A stretch of 64,000 nucleotides of DNA from Planctomycetota bacterium (lineage in GTDB: Bacteria; Planctomycetota; PLA2; JAEUHO01), in NCBI GenBank assembly GCA_965223505.1, contig CBDCWP010000013.1, positions 1-64,000 of the forward strand. The letters are read 5' to 3'. Made by a program: the position numbers and the translations under genes. The notes beneath the pieces are model-generated. The model worked only from the letters and a program-made list of their open reading frames with translations, ran no database searches and was not told the DNA's origin. Below are positions 19,396 through 29,161 of this stretch, piece after piece (within the stretch, counting starts at the first letter, position 1; each line of letters opens with the position of its first letter).

Positions 19396-20700
19396 CTAGG
19401 GGCTTCGTCGCGTACCGATCACCCGGCGGACGTGGTGCCCGTGATGACTTGCACCATAGTGCCGGTGCACCCTGAAACCAAAGCCCCCGTGGGAAATCCC
19501 GACATGAAAGCCCCCGCGGTGACCGTGACCGTGATGGTGTCCCAGATGCCCGAAGCCCAGATGCCCAAAGCCGACGCGACCAACGAACGCGCCGGGGTAG
19601 TAGAGCCCGTTGTGGAGCAGGGACCGCCGGTAGGTGGAGAAGGGGTAGTCGTACAGGTCGGTCTCATGGAGGTACGGCGCGCGCAGATCTTCTTCGATCG
19701 CACGGGCCAGCTCGACCGCGCGCTCGTTGTCGGGGTCGAGGATGTTCACGGCCCGCAGCCGCGAGCGGGCTTGCGTGTACGCGCCCGATGCGCGATACAG
19801 CTCGGCGACGTCGAGATAGGTGGTGACGAGCAGGTCCCGAACTCGATCCGCACGCTCGACCACCTTTGACGGCGCCGGCGACTCGACCTTGATCAACAGC
19901 TTGCGCGCCCGTTGCAGCGACACGGCCGCGGCGTTCAGGTGCCGGCGCGCCTTCGACGCGGACAGGTCCGGATCGGCTGCGGCCTCACGTGCATGCAGGG
20001 CCTTCGTCTCGTACGCCGTTACACGCTCGAGCACGGCCGCGGTCTTCGCATCGAGGGGCGGGGCGGGAACCGGCGCTGCGACCGGCGGCGCGCCGACCGG
20101 CACGCCCGCTTTCTTCAACATCGCGTCCGCGACGTTGGCCAGCATCTCGACACGCAGGACCTGCGCCGTCGTCAACGACCCCGCGAGCTCGCTCTTCGAC
20201 AAGAGCTCCACGTCCATGAGCATCTCGGCCGGTCGCCGCTCGCGCAGCATGCTTTCGAGCCTCGTGAGCGCGGCTTCGACTTGCAGCCCGCGCACGGTCG
20301 CAACGCCCTGTTCGCTTTCCGTCGCGAGCGTCTTGTCCAACGTCGCCGCGCGCTCGAAGCGTTCGATCGCTTCGTCGTGCAACCCGGCGCTCATCGCCAT
20401 GCGCGCGATGCGCAGCTGCGACGCGCCGTCGTCCTCCGGAAGGTGCCGGCCCATGAGCGCGACGAGCGCTTCGGGGTCGAGCCGCGCGAACGGCAGCGTG
20501 ACGATCGCCGTGCCGCCCTCCTTGCGCATCGTGGCGCGCACGGCCCCGTCCTCGAGCTCGACGCGCGCGGCCTTGAGCTTCGTGCCCGACTTGAGCACCA
20601 CGGTTTCGGCGGTTGCGGTGGCCGCGAAGATCACGAGGGCGCACGCGAGGAGCACGACGCTCATCAGCGGGCGGGATCCGTGGTTCAGCATGTTCGACAC
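19396..20700 (-). CDS. Secreted helical/TPR-like protein with a His/Gly-rich C-terminus
   Basis: GGAGG RBS, signal peptide, ETVVLKSG N-domain, tail FGHLGFGHLGHHHGHGHRGGFH. Confidence 0.75.
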   Translation of the reverse strand: MSNMLNHGSRPLMSVVLLACALVIFAATATAETVVLKSGTKLKAARVELEDGAVRATMRKEGGTAIVTLPFARLDPEALVALMGRHLPEDDGASQLRIARMAMSAGLHDEAIERFERAATLDKTLATESEQGVATVRGLQVEAALTRLESMLRERRPAEMLMDVELLSKSELAGSLTTAQVLRVEMLANVADAMLKKAGVPVGAPPVAAPVPAPPLDAKTAAVLERVTAYETKALHAREAAADPDLSASKARRHLNAAAVSLQRARKLLIKVESPAPSKVVERADRVRDLLVTTYLDVAELYRASGAYTQARSRLRAVNILDPDNERAVELARAIEEDLRAPYLHETDLYDYPFSTYRRSLLHNGLYYPGAFVGRVGFGHLGFGHLGHHHGHGHRGGFHVGISHGGFGFRVHRHYGASHHGHHVRRVIGTRRSP

Positions 20701-20866
20701 CTATCCTCCCCGTCGGCGCGGGGACGGACTGCAGCCGGCTCGCTGCTCCCATCCTACGCGCAACGGCGTCGCGCGCGGCCCACTCCGACCCACCTGTCAG
20801 GAAGACGGTCCGCACCGGCAGGTGGTTTCGCGCGGGGCGGCGTATTCTCCGGGTTCTGGAGGTGCC

Positions 20867-22138
20867 ATGGCTTTTGCCCCGCTGCCCGAGATCTTCGAGG
20901 ACCTGCGCAAGGGACGCATGGTCATCCTGGTCGACGACCCCGATCGCGAGAACGAGGGCGACCTGGTGATGGCCGCGGACCTGGTCACGCCCGAAGACAT
21001 CGCTTTCATGATCCGCCACGGCAGTGGAATCATCTGCGTCACCATGCCCCAGGAGAAAGCGAACGCACTCGAGCTCCCGCTTCAGGTCAGCCCGCAGAGC
21101 AACTCGTCGAAGTTCGGCACCCAGTTCACGGTGAGCATCGAGGCGCGCGAAGGCGTGACGACGGGCGTCAGCGCCGCCGACCGGGCCCATACGATTCGCA
21201 CCGTCGCGCGGCCGGACTGCACCGCCGACGAGCTCAGCCGTCCAGGGCACGTCTATCCGATTCGCGGCGCCGAAGAAGGCGTCTTGCGGCGCAGCGGACA
21301 GACCGAGGGTTCGATCGACCTCTGCCGGCTCGCGGGTTTGCAGCCGCTGGGGACGATCACGGAACTGATGAAGACCGACGGCACGATGATGCGGCTGCCG
21401 GACCTGGAGATCTTCGCCGCCGAGCACGATCTGAAGATCTGCTCGGTGCACGACGTCATCCAGTGGCGTCGGCGCAAGGAGCGGCTCATCCAGCTCGAGA
21501 CGACCGCGAAGCTGCCGACCGTGATGGGCGACTTCGAGATTCACGCTTACTCCGCGAAGGCCGATCCCGAACCGCACCTCGCCCTGACGATGGGCATCGA
21601 CACGCCCGGTCCCGACGCGCCGAACGAGCCGATCGACGAGCCCGTCCTGGTGCGCGCGCACAGCGAATGTCTGACGGGAGACCTGTTCCACTCGAAGCGC
21701 TGTGACTGCGGCGAGCAGCTCCACGCCGCGCAAGAGCAGATCGCCGCGGAAGGACGCGGCGTGATTCTCTACATGCGCCAGGAAGGGCGCGGCATCGGCT
21801 TGGTCAACAAGATCAAAGCCTACGCGCTGCAAGACGAGGGGCTGGACACGGTCGAGGCCAACGTGCGTCTCGGCTTCAAACCCGACCACCGCGACTACGG
21901 CGTGGGCGCGCAGATCCTCTACGACCTGGGCGTGCGCCAGATGCGCCTCCTCACGAACAACCCGGTCAAGTTCCGGGCGCTTCGAGGCTACGGGTTGGAC
22001 ATCGTCGAGCGCGTGCCGCTCGAGACGACGCCGACCGAGGCGAACGAGGAATACCTGCGCACGAAGGCCGACAAGCTGGGACACCTGCTCACGTTCCCGC
22101 GGGGCGTCGAGCCGGATGCCGGAGCCGGAGGCTCGTAG
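20867..22138 (+). CDS. ribBA: Bifunctional DHBP synthase/GTP cyclohydrolase II
   Basis: [30 protein letters not shown]...[19 protein letters not shown]. Confidence 0.97.
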   Translation: MAFAPLPEIFEDLRKGRMVILVDDPDRENEGDLVMAADLVTPEDIAFMIRHGSGIICVTMPQEKANALELPLQVSPQSNSSKFGTQFTVSIEAREGVTTGVSAADRAHTIRTVARPDCTADELSRPGHVYPIRGAEEGVLRRSGQTEGSIDLCRLAGLQPLGTITELMKTDGTMMRLPDLEIFAAEHDLKICSVHDVIQWRRRKERLIQLETTAKLPTVMGDFEIHAYSAKADPEPHLALTMGIDTPGPDAPNEPIDEPVLVRAHSECLTGDLFHSKRCDCGEQLHAAQEQIAAEGRGVILYMRQEGRGIGLVNKIKAYALQDEGLDTVEANVRLGFKPDHRDYGVGAQILYDLGVRQMRLLTNNPVKFRALRGYGLDIVERVPLETTPTEANEEYLRTKADKLGHLLTFPRGVEPDAGAGGS

Positions 22139-22182
22139 AGCGCCCGTAGGGACTGCCCGCGCACCGGCGGGCTCGGCCGTTT

Positions 22183-24069
22183 CTAGAAGTCCAGATACGT
22201 GTAGTCGCTCAATGCGTCGCCGTACTCGCGCAGGATGCGGTCGCCTTCCGCGCGACGGAGCGTGCGCGCACCGACGGCGGCGTCCACCTGCGCGGTCACC
22301 GCGGCTCTCATCTCGTTCGTGTCGTAGCCGAAGTGCTGCAGGACGTCGTCGGACTCGTCGCCCGCGCGGGTGCGAATGATGCGCGGCGCGCCCTTCCTGT
22401 TCACGATGACGTGCGCCTCGTCCACACGGCCGAACAGGTTGTGATAGTCGCCGAGCACGTCTTGATAGGCGCCGATGAGCATGATGCCGATGTAGTACGG
22501 TTTGTCGTTCAGCGCGTGCAGCGGCAGGCTGTCCTTCACGTCGCGCAGGTCGACGAAGCGATGGATCTCGCCGAACGAGTCGCACGTCACGTCGCAGAGC
22601 GTCGCCTTGACGGTCGGCCGCTCGTTCAGCCGTTGCAACGGCACGATGGGGAACAGCTGATCGAGCGCCCACGAGTCCGGCGTCGACTGGAACACGCTGA
22701 AGTTGGCGATGTACTTGGTCACCAGCCGCTTCTCGAGCGCCTCGAACTCGTCGGGCACGTAGCGATCTTCCTTGGCGTAGGCCAGCGCCTGGCGGCCGAT
22801 CAGCGTCATCAGACGTTCGGCCAACGCTCGATCGCGCAACGGCAGGAAACCGAGATCGAAGTGCCCGCTCAGCTCCTCTCGCATCTCCTCGGCGTCGTGC
22901 AGGTACTCGCGGTGGTTCTTGCGCGTCATGCCCTGCCAGATCTCGTACAGCTCCTGTAGCGACTCGTGCGCGTCGGCGGGGACGATCACGTCTTCGCCGT
23001 TCTCGGAGACGTTCTGCCCCCCGACCTGGCACACCAGCATCGAGTGGTAGGCGACCAACGCGCGCCCCGACTCGGAGACGAGCGTCGGCACGGGGACGTT
23101 CTCCGCGTCGCAGATCTCCTGCACGCCGTAGACGACGCCGTTGGCGTACTCGACGATGTCGTAGTTGGTGCTCGCCTCGTACGACGTGTTGCTCCCGTCG
23201 TAGTCCACGCCGAGACCGCCGCCGACGTCGAGGTACTTCAAGCGGCACCCCTCGGACTGCAATTTCGCGTAGACGCGGGCGCCTTCCTTGACCGCGTTCT
23301 TGATGCGCTTGATCTCCGTGATCTGGCTGCCGGCATGGAAGTGAAGCATCTGGAACGCGTCGAGCAGGTCGTTGCGCTTGAGCGTCTCGACCGCGTCGAG
23401 CAGCTCCTGCGTCGTGAGCCCGAACTTCGCGCCCAAACCGCTGGACTGTTCCCACTTGCCGGAGCTGCGCGCCGCGAGGCGGATACGCATGCCGATCAAC
23501 GGCGTGATGCGCAGCTTCTTCGCGACCTTGACGATCATGTCGATCTCCGCCGGTTTCTCGACGATCAAGATCACGTTCCGGCCGAGCGTACGCCCGCGAA
23601 GGGCAAGGCGCACGTACGCCTCGTCCTTGTAGCCGTTGCATACGATGAGCGCGTCGGCACTCAGGTCGTGCGAGAGGGCGACGGCGAGCTCGGTCTTGCT
23701 GCCCGCCTCCAGCCCCATGTCGTGCTCGCGGCCGGCCTGGAGAAGATCGGTGACGACGTCTTCGATCTGGTTGACCTTGATCGGGAAGACGCCGCGGTAC
23801 TCGCCCGGGTAGTTGAACTCGCGGATCGCACCGTTGAATGCGTCGAAGATCTGACGGACGCGCGAGTGCAGGATCTGCGGGAACCGCAGCAGCAACGGGA
23901 ACCGGAGCTTGCGCCGCTTCAGGCGCGGGACCAGGTTGTAGACGTCGATGCCGGCGAAGTTGCGCCGCGGACGCACGACGAGGTGTCCGAGGCTGTTGAC
24001 GCCGAAGTAGCCGTTGCCCCACGCGTCGATGCCGTACAGACGGATCGCGTCGCGGGTGCTGAAGCTCAT
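22183..24069 (-). CDS. speA: Biosynthetic arginine decarboxylase
   Basis: FPIKVNQ, GLEAGSK, CNGYKD, HFHAGSQI, DVGGGLGVDYDG, DVTCDS, GAYQDVLG. Confidence 0.96.
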   Translation of the reverse strand: MSFSTRDAIRLYGIDAWGNGYFGVNSLGHLVVRPRRNFAGIDVYNLVPRLKRRKLRFPLLLRFPQILHSRVRQIFDAFNGAIREFNYPGEYRGVFPIKVNQIEDVVTDLLQAGREHDMGLEAGSKTELAVALSHDLSADALIVCNGYKDEAYVRLALRGRTLGRNVILIVEKPAEIDMIVKVAKKLRITPLIGMRIRLAARSSGKWEQSSGLGAKFGLTTQELLDAVETLKRNDLLDAFQMLHFHAGSQITEIKRIKNAVKEGARVYAKLQSEGCRLKYLDVGGGLGVDYDGSNTSYEASTNYDIVEYANGVVYGVQEICDAENVPVPTLVSESGRALVAYHSMLVCQVGGQNVSENGEDVIVPADAHESLQELYEIWQGMTRKNHREYLHDAEEMREELSGHFDLGFLPLRDRALAERLMTLIGRQALAYAKEDRYVPDEFEALEKRLVTKYIANFSVFQSTPDSWALDQLFPIVPLQRLNERPTVKATLCDVTCDSFGEIHRFVDLRDVKDSLPLHALNDKPYYIGIMLIGAYQDVLGDYHNLFGRVDEAHVIVNRKGAPRIIRTRAGDESDDVLQHFGYDTNEMRAAVTAQVDAAVGARTLRRAEGDRILREYGDALSDYTYLDF

Positions 24070-24136
24070 GAAACCGGCCTCCACACGGGGGGCCGGACGA
24101 TACCCGAAACCGGTGCTCGTGCTTACTTCCGGCCGG

Positions 24137-25993
24137 CTAACGCGGCGGCGTGTCCGTCGGCTCGGGCGCGGGCTCCCCCGCGACGGTGATGGGGTGGTAC
24201 GTCCCTCCCTCGGTCAACCGCACCGGCGCGACGGTCTCGATGCGGTCGCCCGCGATCAGCCGGTCGACGACGTCCATGCCCTCGACGACACGGCCGAACA
24301 CGGTGTAGGTGTCGGCCAGGTGCACCGCCGTGCCCGTCGCGACGAAGAACTGCGATCCCTCCGTATCGCGGCCGCTGTTCGCCATGACGAGCGCGCCGCG
24401 GAACGGCCTGCGGCCACCGGGCTCCGTGCGGATCGCGTAGCCGGGGCCGCCGCCGCCAACGAGCTTGGCGTTCTTCGCGTCGCGCGACATCGGGTCGCCG
24501 GACTGGACCAAGAAGAACGGCATGTTGTGGTGGAACGCAAGGCCGTCGTAAAACTTCGCCCGCGCCAGATAGACGAAGTTGTTGACCGTGTTGGGCGCCG
24601 TGCTCGGAAACAGCTCGACGACGAACTCGCCCTTGTTGGTCTTGATCGCAACGCGTGGCAGCGAGGCCTCCGCGTCCTTCTTGCGCTGCTGCCGCTCGCG
24701 TGCCCAGTCAGGCAGCGCGTCGCGGCACTCCTCGTAGTGCGTGACCGCGAGTCGCAAATGAGGATGAACCGCGGCGATGCGCTCGAGCAGCGGACGCGCT
24801 TTGACGAGCTCGCCCTGCTTGTACGTCAGAAGCGCCCGTGCGAGCGCGACGGCGTGCTCCGCGAACGGCTCGCCCTCCGCCTCCTCGGCACGCTTGTCGA
24901 TGCGGACATGCGCCGCGGCGTAGTCCGACGGCGTGCTCGCGTCGCCTTCGGTGAGCTGCGCGACGCCCGCGACCATGTGCAGCCCGAACCAGCCTTCGCG
25001 GTGCCCCGGCGCGTAGTCGACGGCCTTCTGATACGCGGCAGTCGCGAGATCGAGGTCGCCGAGCTGTCGGTGTACGTCGCCGCGCAGGTATTCGATCGTC
25101 GGGGTGAGATCGGGACGGGCCGCGATGACGGCGTCGAGCGGCTCGAACAGGTGCTCCTGGACCAGCACGCGCAGGACGGTCTCCTCGCGCGGCGCTCCGG
25201 CGGTGAACAGCTCGTGGACGGCGCCGGTGTACTGGATCCACGCCCGACGGCGGGCCAGGTCGCGTTCGTCCTCCTGCTGCAGCCGCTCGACGTCGATCTC
25301 CGCCGCGAGGTCCCACCCTGCGGCCGGCGCGGTGAGCACGTGCCACGCGCCGGGACCCGAGAACAGAGCGCCCTCCGGACTGACGGCGGAAACATTGGGC
25401 GTTCGGGAGAACACCAGCGCGGCGACACGCAGCGTCGCCCGCGTGTCCTCGTCGACCAGATCGGCGAGCGGGATGCCGAGCTCGAGCGACCACGAGCCGC
25501 GCGCGCGGCACGCGGCGCCGCCTTCGACTCGATACGCGCGCCGATCGGCGCCGCGCGGACCGCGAGCGACGTAGCGCGGCGCGCGCACGCTCTGTGGGCG
25601 GTAGCCGATCTCGACGGCGTCCCCGGCCGACTTCGCATCGTCCGCCGCGTTCGTGATCTTGAGGACGAGGCCGATGTTGCTCCCGGGATCCTCCGCACAC
25701 GAAAGACCGAAGCAGAGCCGTCCGCCGGACGCGAGCACACGCAGGTCGGGTTGGATCTCGACGACCGCCTTGGTCTCGTCTTCGGCGAGAGACGGAATCA
25801 CGGGCGCGGCGAACGTGGGCGTCGAGAGCTTGCGCGCGCCGGCCCAGGCATCCTCGTTCATGACACCGTCGAGGACCACCGCCTCGGCCTCGGGAACGAC
25901 GAGCTCGTCGGCGCGGACAGCTGCGGGCCCTAGACACAGGACGGCGGCGATGGGCGCGATCCAACGCAGGCGAAGAGACGGTGCGGCTGCCAT
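24137..25993 (-). CDS. Secreted protein: CBM9/DOMON-like N-terminus, TPR region, cyclophilin-type PPIase domain
   Basis: Signal peptide, VVLDGVMNEDAW, APNTVNNFVYL, QSGDP, MANSGRDTEGSQFF, YTVFGRVVEGMDVV. Confidence 0.85.
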   Translation of the reverse strand: MAAAPSLRLRWIAPIAAVLCLGPAAVRADELVVPEAEAVVLDGVMNEDAWAGARKLSTPTFAAPVIPSLAEDETKAVVEIQPDLRVLASGGRLCFGLSCAEDPGSNIGLVLKITNAADDAKSAGDAVEIGYRPQSVRAPRYVARGPRGADRRAYRVEGGAACRARGSWSLELGIPLADLVDEDTRATLRVAALVFSRTPNVSAVSPEGALFSGPGAWHVLTAPAAGWDLAAEIDVERLQQEDERDLARRRAWIQYTGAVHELFTAGAPREETVLRVLVQEHLFEPLDAVIAARPDLTPTIEYLRGDVHRQLGDLDLATAAYQKAVDYAPGHREGWFGLHMVAGVAQLTEGDASTPSDYAAAHVRIDKRAEEAEGEPFAEHAVALARALLTYKQGELVKARPLLERIAAVHPHLRLAVTHYEECRDALPDWARERQQRKKDAEASLPRVAIKTNKGEFVVELFPSTAPNTVNNFVYLARAKFYDGLAFHHNMPFFLVQSGDPMSRDAKNAKLVGGGGPGYAIRTEPGGRRPFRGALVMANSGRDTEGSQFFVATGTAVHLADTYTVFGRVVEGMDVVDRLIAGDRIETVAPVRLTEGGTYHPITVAGEPAPEPTDTPPR

Positions 25994-26015
25994 TCGGGTT
26001 CCTAACGTGTCCTCG

Positions 26016-26621
26016 CTACATCATCTTCCGAATCAAGGCGAGGGCCCCCCCTGCCGCAGCCGCAGCGGGCAGATTGTCATCGGGCGGCAGGGGTACGAGA
26101 TCGATCAGTGCCGCGGCGAGCGCGGCCGCGAAGCACGCGGCCACGGCGGGCGACGGACCCGTGTCGACCCAGCCGAAGCCGCTGCCGAGCGCGACGACGC
26201 CGGCCGACAAGCCCCAGGCGGCGAGCCCGCCGATGCCGACGTAGGCGGCGGAACCGCTCCAGGTCGCTTTCGCGTGGCCGAACACGCTCGGCGCCCGGAC
26301 GCGCGTGCCGACCAGGGCCGCCGCGGCGTCGCCGAACGCGAGCACGCCCCACGCCGCTGCCGCTTCGGCACGCGGCAGCAGCGCCACCAACGCGAAGACG
26401 GCGACCGGGTAGGTGCGCAGCCCGCCGAGGAACGGCTCGCCGGGACGGCGCAGCTTCGCCTCCAGCCCGGTGATCGGGAACACGACCCAACCCGCGACGA
26501 TGCCCAGCGCCGCCGCCGCCAGGTGCCAGGGATCGGGCAACACGCCGAGGGCCGGCGCGAAGAGTCCCGTCGCCATGTGCAGCCACGGGCGAAGCGACGG
26601 GTCGTGGCCGTGCCCGGTCAC
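26016..26621 (-). CDS. Membrane protein, dolichol/phytol kinase (CTP_transf_1-like) family
   Basis: RPWLHM, LAFGDAAAALVG, KATWSGSAA, DDNL motifs. Confidence 0.65.
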   Translation of the reverse strand: MTGHGHDPSLRPWLHMATGLFAPALGVLPDPWHLAAAALGIVAGWVVFPITGLEAKLRRPGEPFLGGLRTYPVAVFALVALLPRAEAAAAWGVLAFGDAAAALVGTRVRAPSVFGHAKATWSGSAAYVGIGGLAAWGLSAGVVALGSGFGWVDTGPSPAVAACFAAALAAALIDLVPLPPDDNLPAAAAAGGALALIRKMM

Positions 26622-27448
26622 GACGCCTCGATCTCGAATCGCGCGTCGCCCGGCACACGGCGAACGAGCGCCCCGTCTGCGGAAAGCACTCTTCGCGCTT
26701 CGGCCGACACGGCCCCCGGATCGCGCCAGGGACCGAGGCCGTCGCCGTCGTGCAACACGACCAGGTCCATCGCGTCGTCGGCGAGCGGTAGATGGTCGGG
26801 ATCCGCGACGGCGAAGTCCGCAGGCGTGCGCTCGAGCGCGGAGAGGTCGAGCAGGATCTCGCGCACGCCGACGTCGCGGCCCGGCAAGAAGAAGTCCTCG
26901 CGCGTGACGGCGATGTTGCGCGCCCGACGAACACGGGCGGCGCTGCGATCCACACCGATCACGAACGCCTCGACGTGGCGCGCGACCACGAAGGTGTCAC
27001 GTCCCACCCCGCAGCCGATGACGAGCGCGGTCCGCGGCGCGGCGCGGTCCGCGAACCAGGCCTCGAGCGCCGCCGCCAGCGCGGTGTCGTCCGGATGCGG
27101 ACGCGTGTCGTAGCCGTCGGGCGGCGCGGCGGCGAGATCGCGATAGTGCGACACGACGTCGTCGAACGGCACGGCGTCGAAGCCGGACCCCGCACTGCCC
27201 TGTACGAAGCGGACCATGCGCGGGTCGTGCGCCGGCGTTCGTTCGTACACCGTCCCCTGCGCGCGCAAGTGTGCCGGCAGATCGAGCGGCAACACCGCGA
27301 TGCCGGCGAGCAGCGGCCGCACGTCGCGTCGGTCGCGTGAGACGAGGAACGCCTCGACGACCTCGTCGGCGGCGACGCGAATCGGATCGAGCTCGTACGG
27401 CGCGCGCGTGCCGGGACACGCGAGCGTTGCGATCACGGCGCGCTTCAC
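26618..27448 (-). CDS. Class I SAM-dependent methyltransferase with a Trm112-like N-terminus
   Basis: LACPGTR; LVIGCGVGR, IGVDRS, LPLADDAMDLV, ARRVLSADG. Confidence 0.75.
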   Translation of the reverse strand: MKRAVIATLACPGTRAPYELDPIRVAADEVVEAFLVSRDRRDVRPLLAGIAVLPLDLPAHLRAQGTVYERTPAHDPRMVRFVQGSAGSGFDAVPFDDVVSHYRDLAAAPPDGYDTRPHPDDTALAAALEAWFADRAAPRTALVIGCGVGRDTFVVARHVEAFVIGVDRSAARVRRARNIAVTREDFFLPGRDVGVREILLDLSALERTPADFAVADPDHLPLADDAMDLVVLHDGDGLGPWRDPGAVSAEARRVLSADGALVRRVPGDARFEIEAS

Positions 27449-28359
27449 TGCATTCCCGGTTCGACGTCGGGTTCGACGAAGTGAAACGCGACCTCGGGGT
27501 ACGCCGCCAGCACGGCCCGGTCGCCCCGGTCGAGCCGGCGCACCAACGTCGCCGAGCTGATGGTGTGATCGCGCGCGCGCACCTCGCCCACGACGAGCAT
27601 CTGGTCCGGACCGCACCAGAGCACGGAGAGGTGCACGACGTCGAAGCCGTGCTCGTCCCAGATCGACTCCATGCCCTCGCGAATCTCAGGGCCGGCGGCG
27701 AACCCGACGATCAGGCGCCGCACCTGCGCGACGATGAACACCGCCACGACCAACAACAACACGCCCAGCACACACGAGCCGAGGGCGTCGAACAGCGGGT
27801 TGCCGGTCAGCATGCTGAGCAGCACGGCGACGAGCGCGATCACGAGACCGGCCATCGCGGCCAGGTCTTCGAATACGACCACGAGCAGATTGACGTTCCC
27901 GGTCGACCGCGCCCAGCGAAGCAGGGGCCGGCCCTGGCGGCGCACGCGGGCCTCGATCCAGGCGGCGCGCAGGCTGTAGCCTTCGAGCACGCACCCGAAC
28001 AACAGCACGCCGACGGCCCAGATCGGGTCATGGAGCTCGTGCGGATCCGCGATCTTGCGGATCCCCTCGTAGAGCGAGTAGAGACCGCCCAACGCGAACA
28101 GCACGACGCCGACCAGCAGCGCCCAGAAGTACGACTCGCGACCGTAGCCGAGGGGATGCCGTTGATCGGCAGGTCGTTTCGAGCGCGCCATCCCGATCAG
28201 CAGCAGTCCCTGGTTGCCCGCGTCGGCGAAGCTGTGGATCGCCTCGGCGAGCATCGCGCCCGAGTGCGTGAAGAGCGCCGCGACGAGCTTGGCGAGGGCG
28301 ATGCCGAGGTTCGCCAAGAGTGCGAGGACGACCACACGCGTGGAACCACCCGCCGCCAT
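27445..28359 (-). CDS. Cation diffusion facilitator family transporter
   Basis: SGAMLAEAIHSFADAGNQ, HPLGYGRESYFW, FEDLAAM. Confidence 0.92.
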   Translation of the reverse strand: MAAGGSTRVVVLALLANLGIALAKLVAALFTHSGAMLAEAIHSFADAGNQGLLLIGMARSKRPADQRHPLGYGRESYFWALLVGVVLFALGGLYSLYEGIRKIADPHELHDPIWAVGVLLFGCVLEGYSLRAAWIEARVRRQGRPLLRWARSTGNVNLLVVVFEDLAAMAGLVIALVAVLLSMLTGNPLFDALGSCVLGVLLLVVAVFIVAQVRRLIVGFAAGPEIREGMESIWDEHGFDVVHLSVLWCGPDQMLVVGEVRARDHTISSATLVRRLDRGDRAVLAAYPEVAFHFVEPDVEPGMQ

Positions 28360-28546
28360 TCGTCTCCCTCCGCTCGCCTCGGGCCGCCGTACCTCACGGC
28401 CGCGAAAGACCGCCGACCGCCGTGGACGCGAGCCGTAGAAGGATGGCCGCAGACGCGGGGGTTTTCATCCCTTTCCCAGCCCGCGTGTCCCTGAGCGTGA
28501 CGCTCCGCGCGCCCGTAGGGCGCTTTGGGAGTACGATCCGGTGAAG

Positions 28547-29098
28547 ATGGACACGCTTCGGGGCCAGCTGCTGATCGCGCCGCCGCACTTGACCGACCCC
28601 AATTTCTCTCAAGCGGTCGTTCTCATGATCCAGCACGACGAGCACGGCGCGTTCGGACTGGTGTTGAACCGGCCGAGCAACCGTTCCATCTCCGAGATCT
28701 GGTCCCAGGTGAGCGGCGAAGCGTGCGCGTCGCGCGCGCCGCTCCACGTCGGCGGCCCGGTCGCGGGGCCGCTCGTCGTCCTGCATCAGCGCGAGAGCCT
28801 CGCGGACGTCGAGGTGGTGAGCGGCGTGTACTGCAGCACGCGGCCGGAGATGCTCGACGAGATCGTGCAGCACGAGGAGCCGCATACGCGTTTCTTCGCC
28901 GGCTATGCCGGGTGGGCCGGCGGCCAGCTCGAGGGAGAGCTGCAGACCGGCTCGTGGTTGACGGTGCCCGCATCGGCGCAGCACGTGTTCTTCGAGACAT
29001 CGCGGTCGCTGTGGAAGAACGTCTTCAAGGGGATCGTCGACGACACGTCGTTCCCCGGGTCGGGCGGACCCGAGACGCAGGACCCGTCCGTGAACTGA
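28547..29098 (+). CDS. YqgE/AlgH family protein
   Basis: GQLLIA, DPNFSQAVV, GLVLNRP, GGPV, GYAGWAGGQLEGE. Confidence 0.93.
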   Translation: MDTLRGQLLIAPPHLTDPNFSQAVVLMIQHDEHGAFGLVLNRPSNRSISEIWSQVSGEACASRAPLHVGGPVAGPLVVLHQRESLADVEVVSGVYCSTRPEMLDEIVQHEEPHTRFFAGYAGWAGGQLEGELQTGSWLTVPASAQHVFFETSRSLWKNVFKGIVDDTSFPGSGGPETQDPSVN

Positions 29099-29161
29099 TC
29101 GCCGAGGCGCTACGAACCGCGAATTGATAGACTCCCCACCTGTTGATCGTTGGGGAATCGA

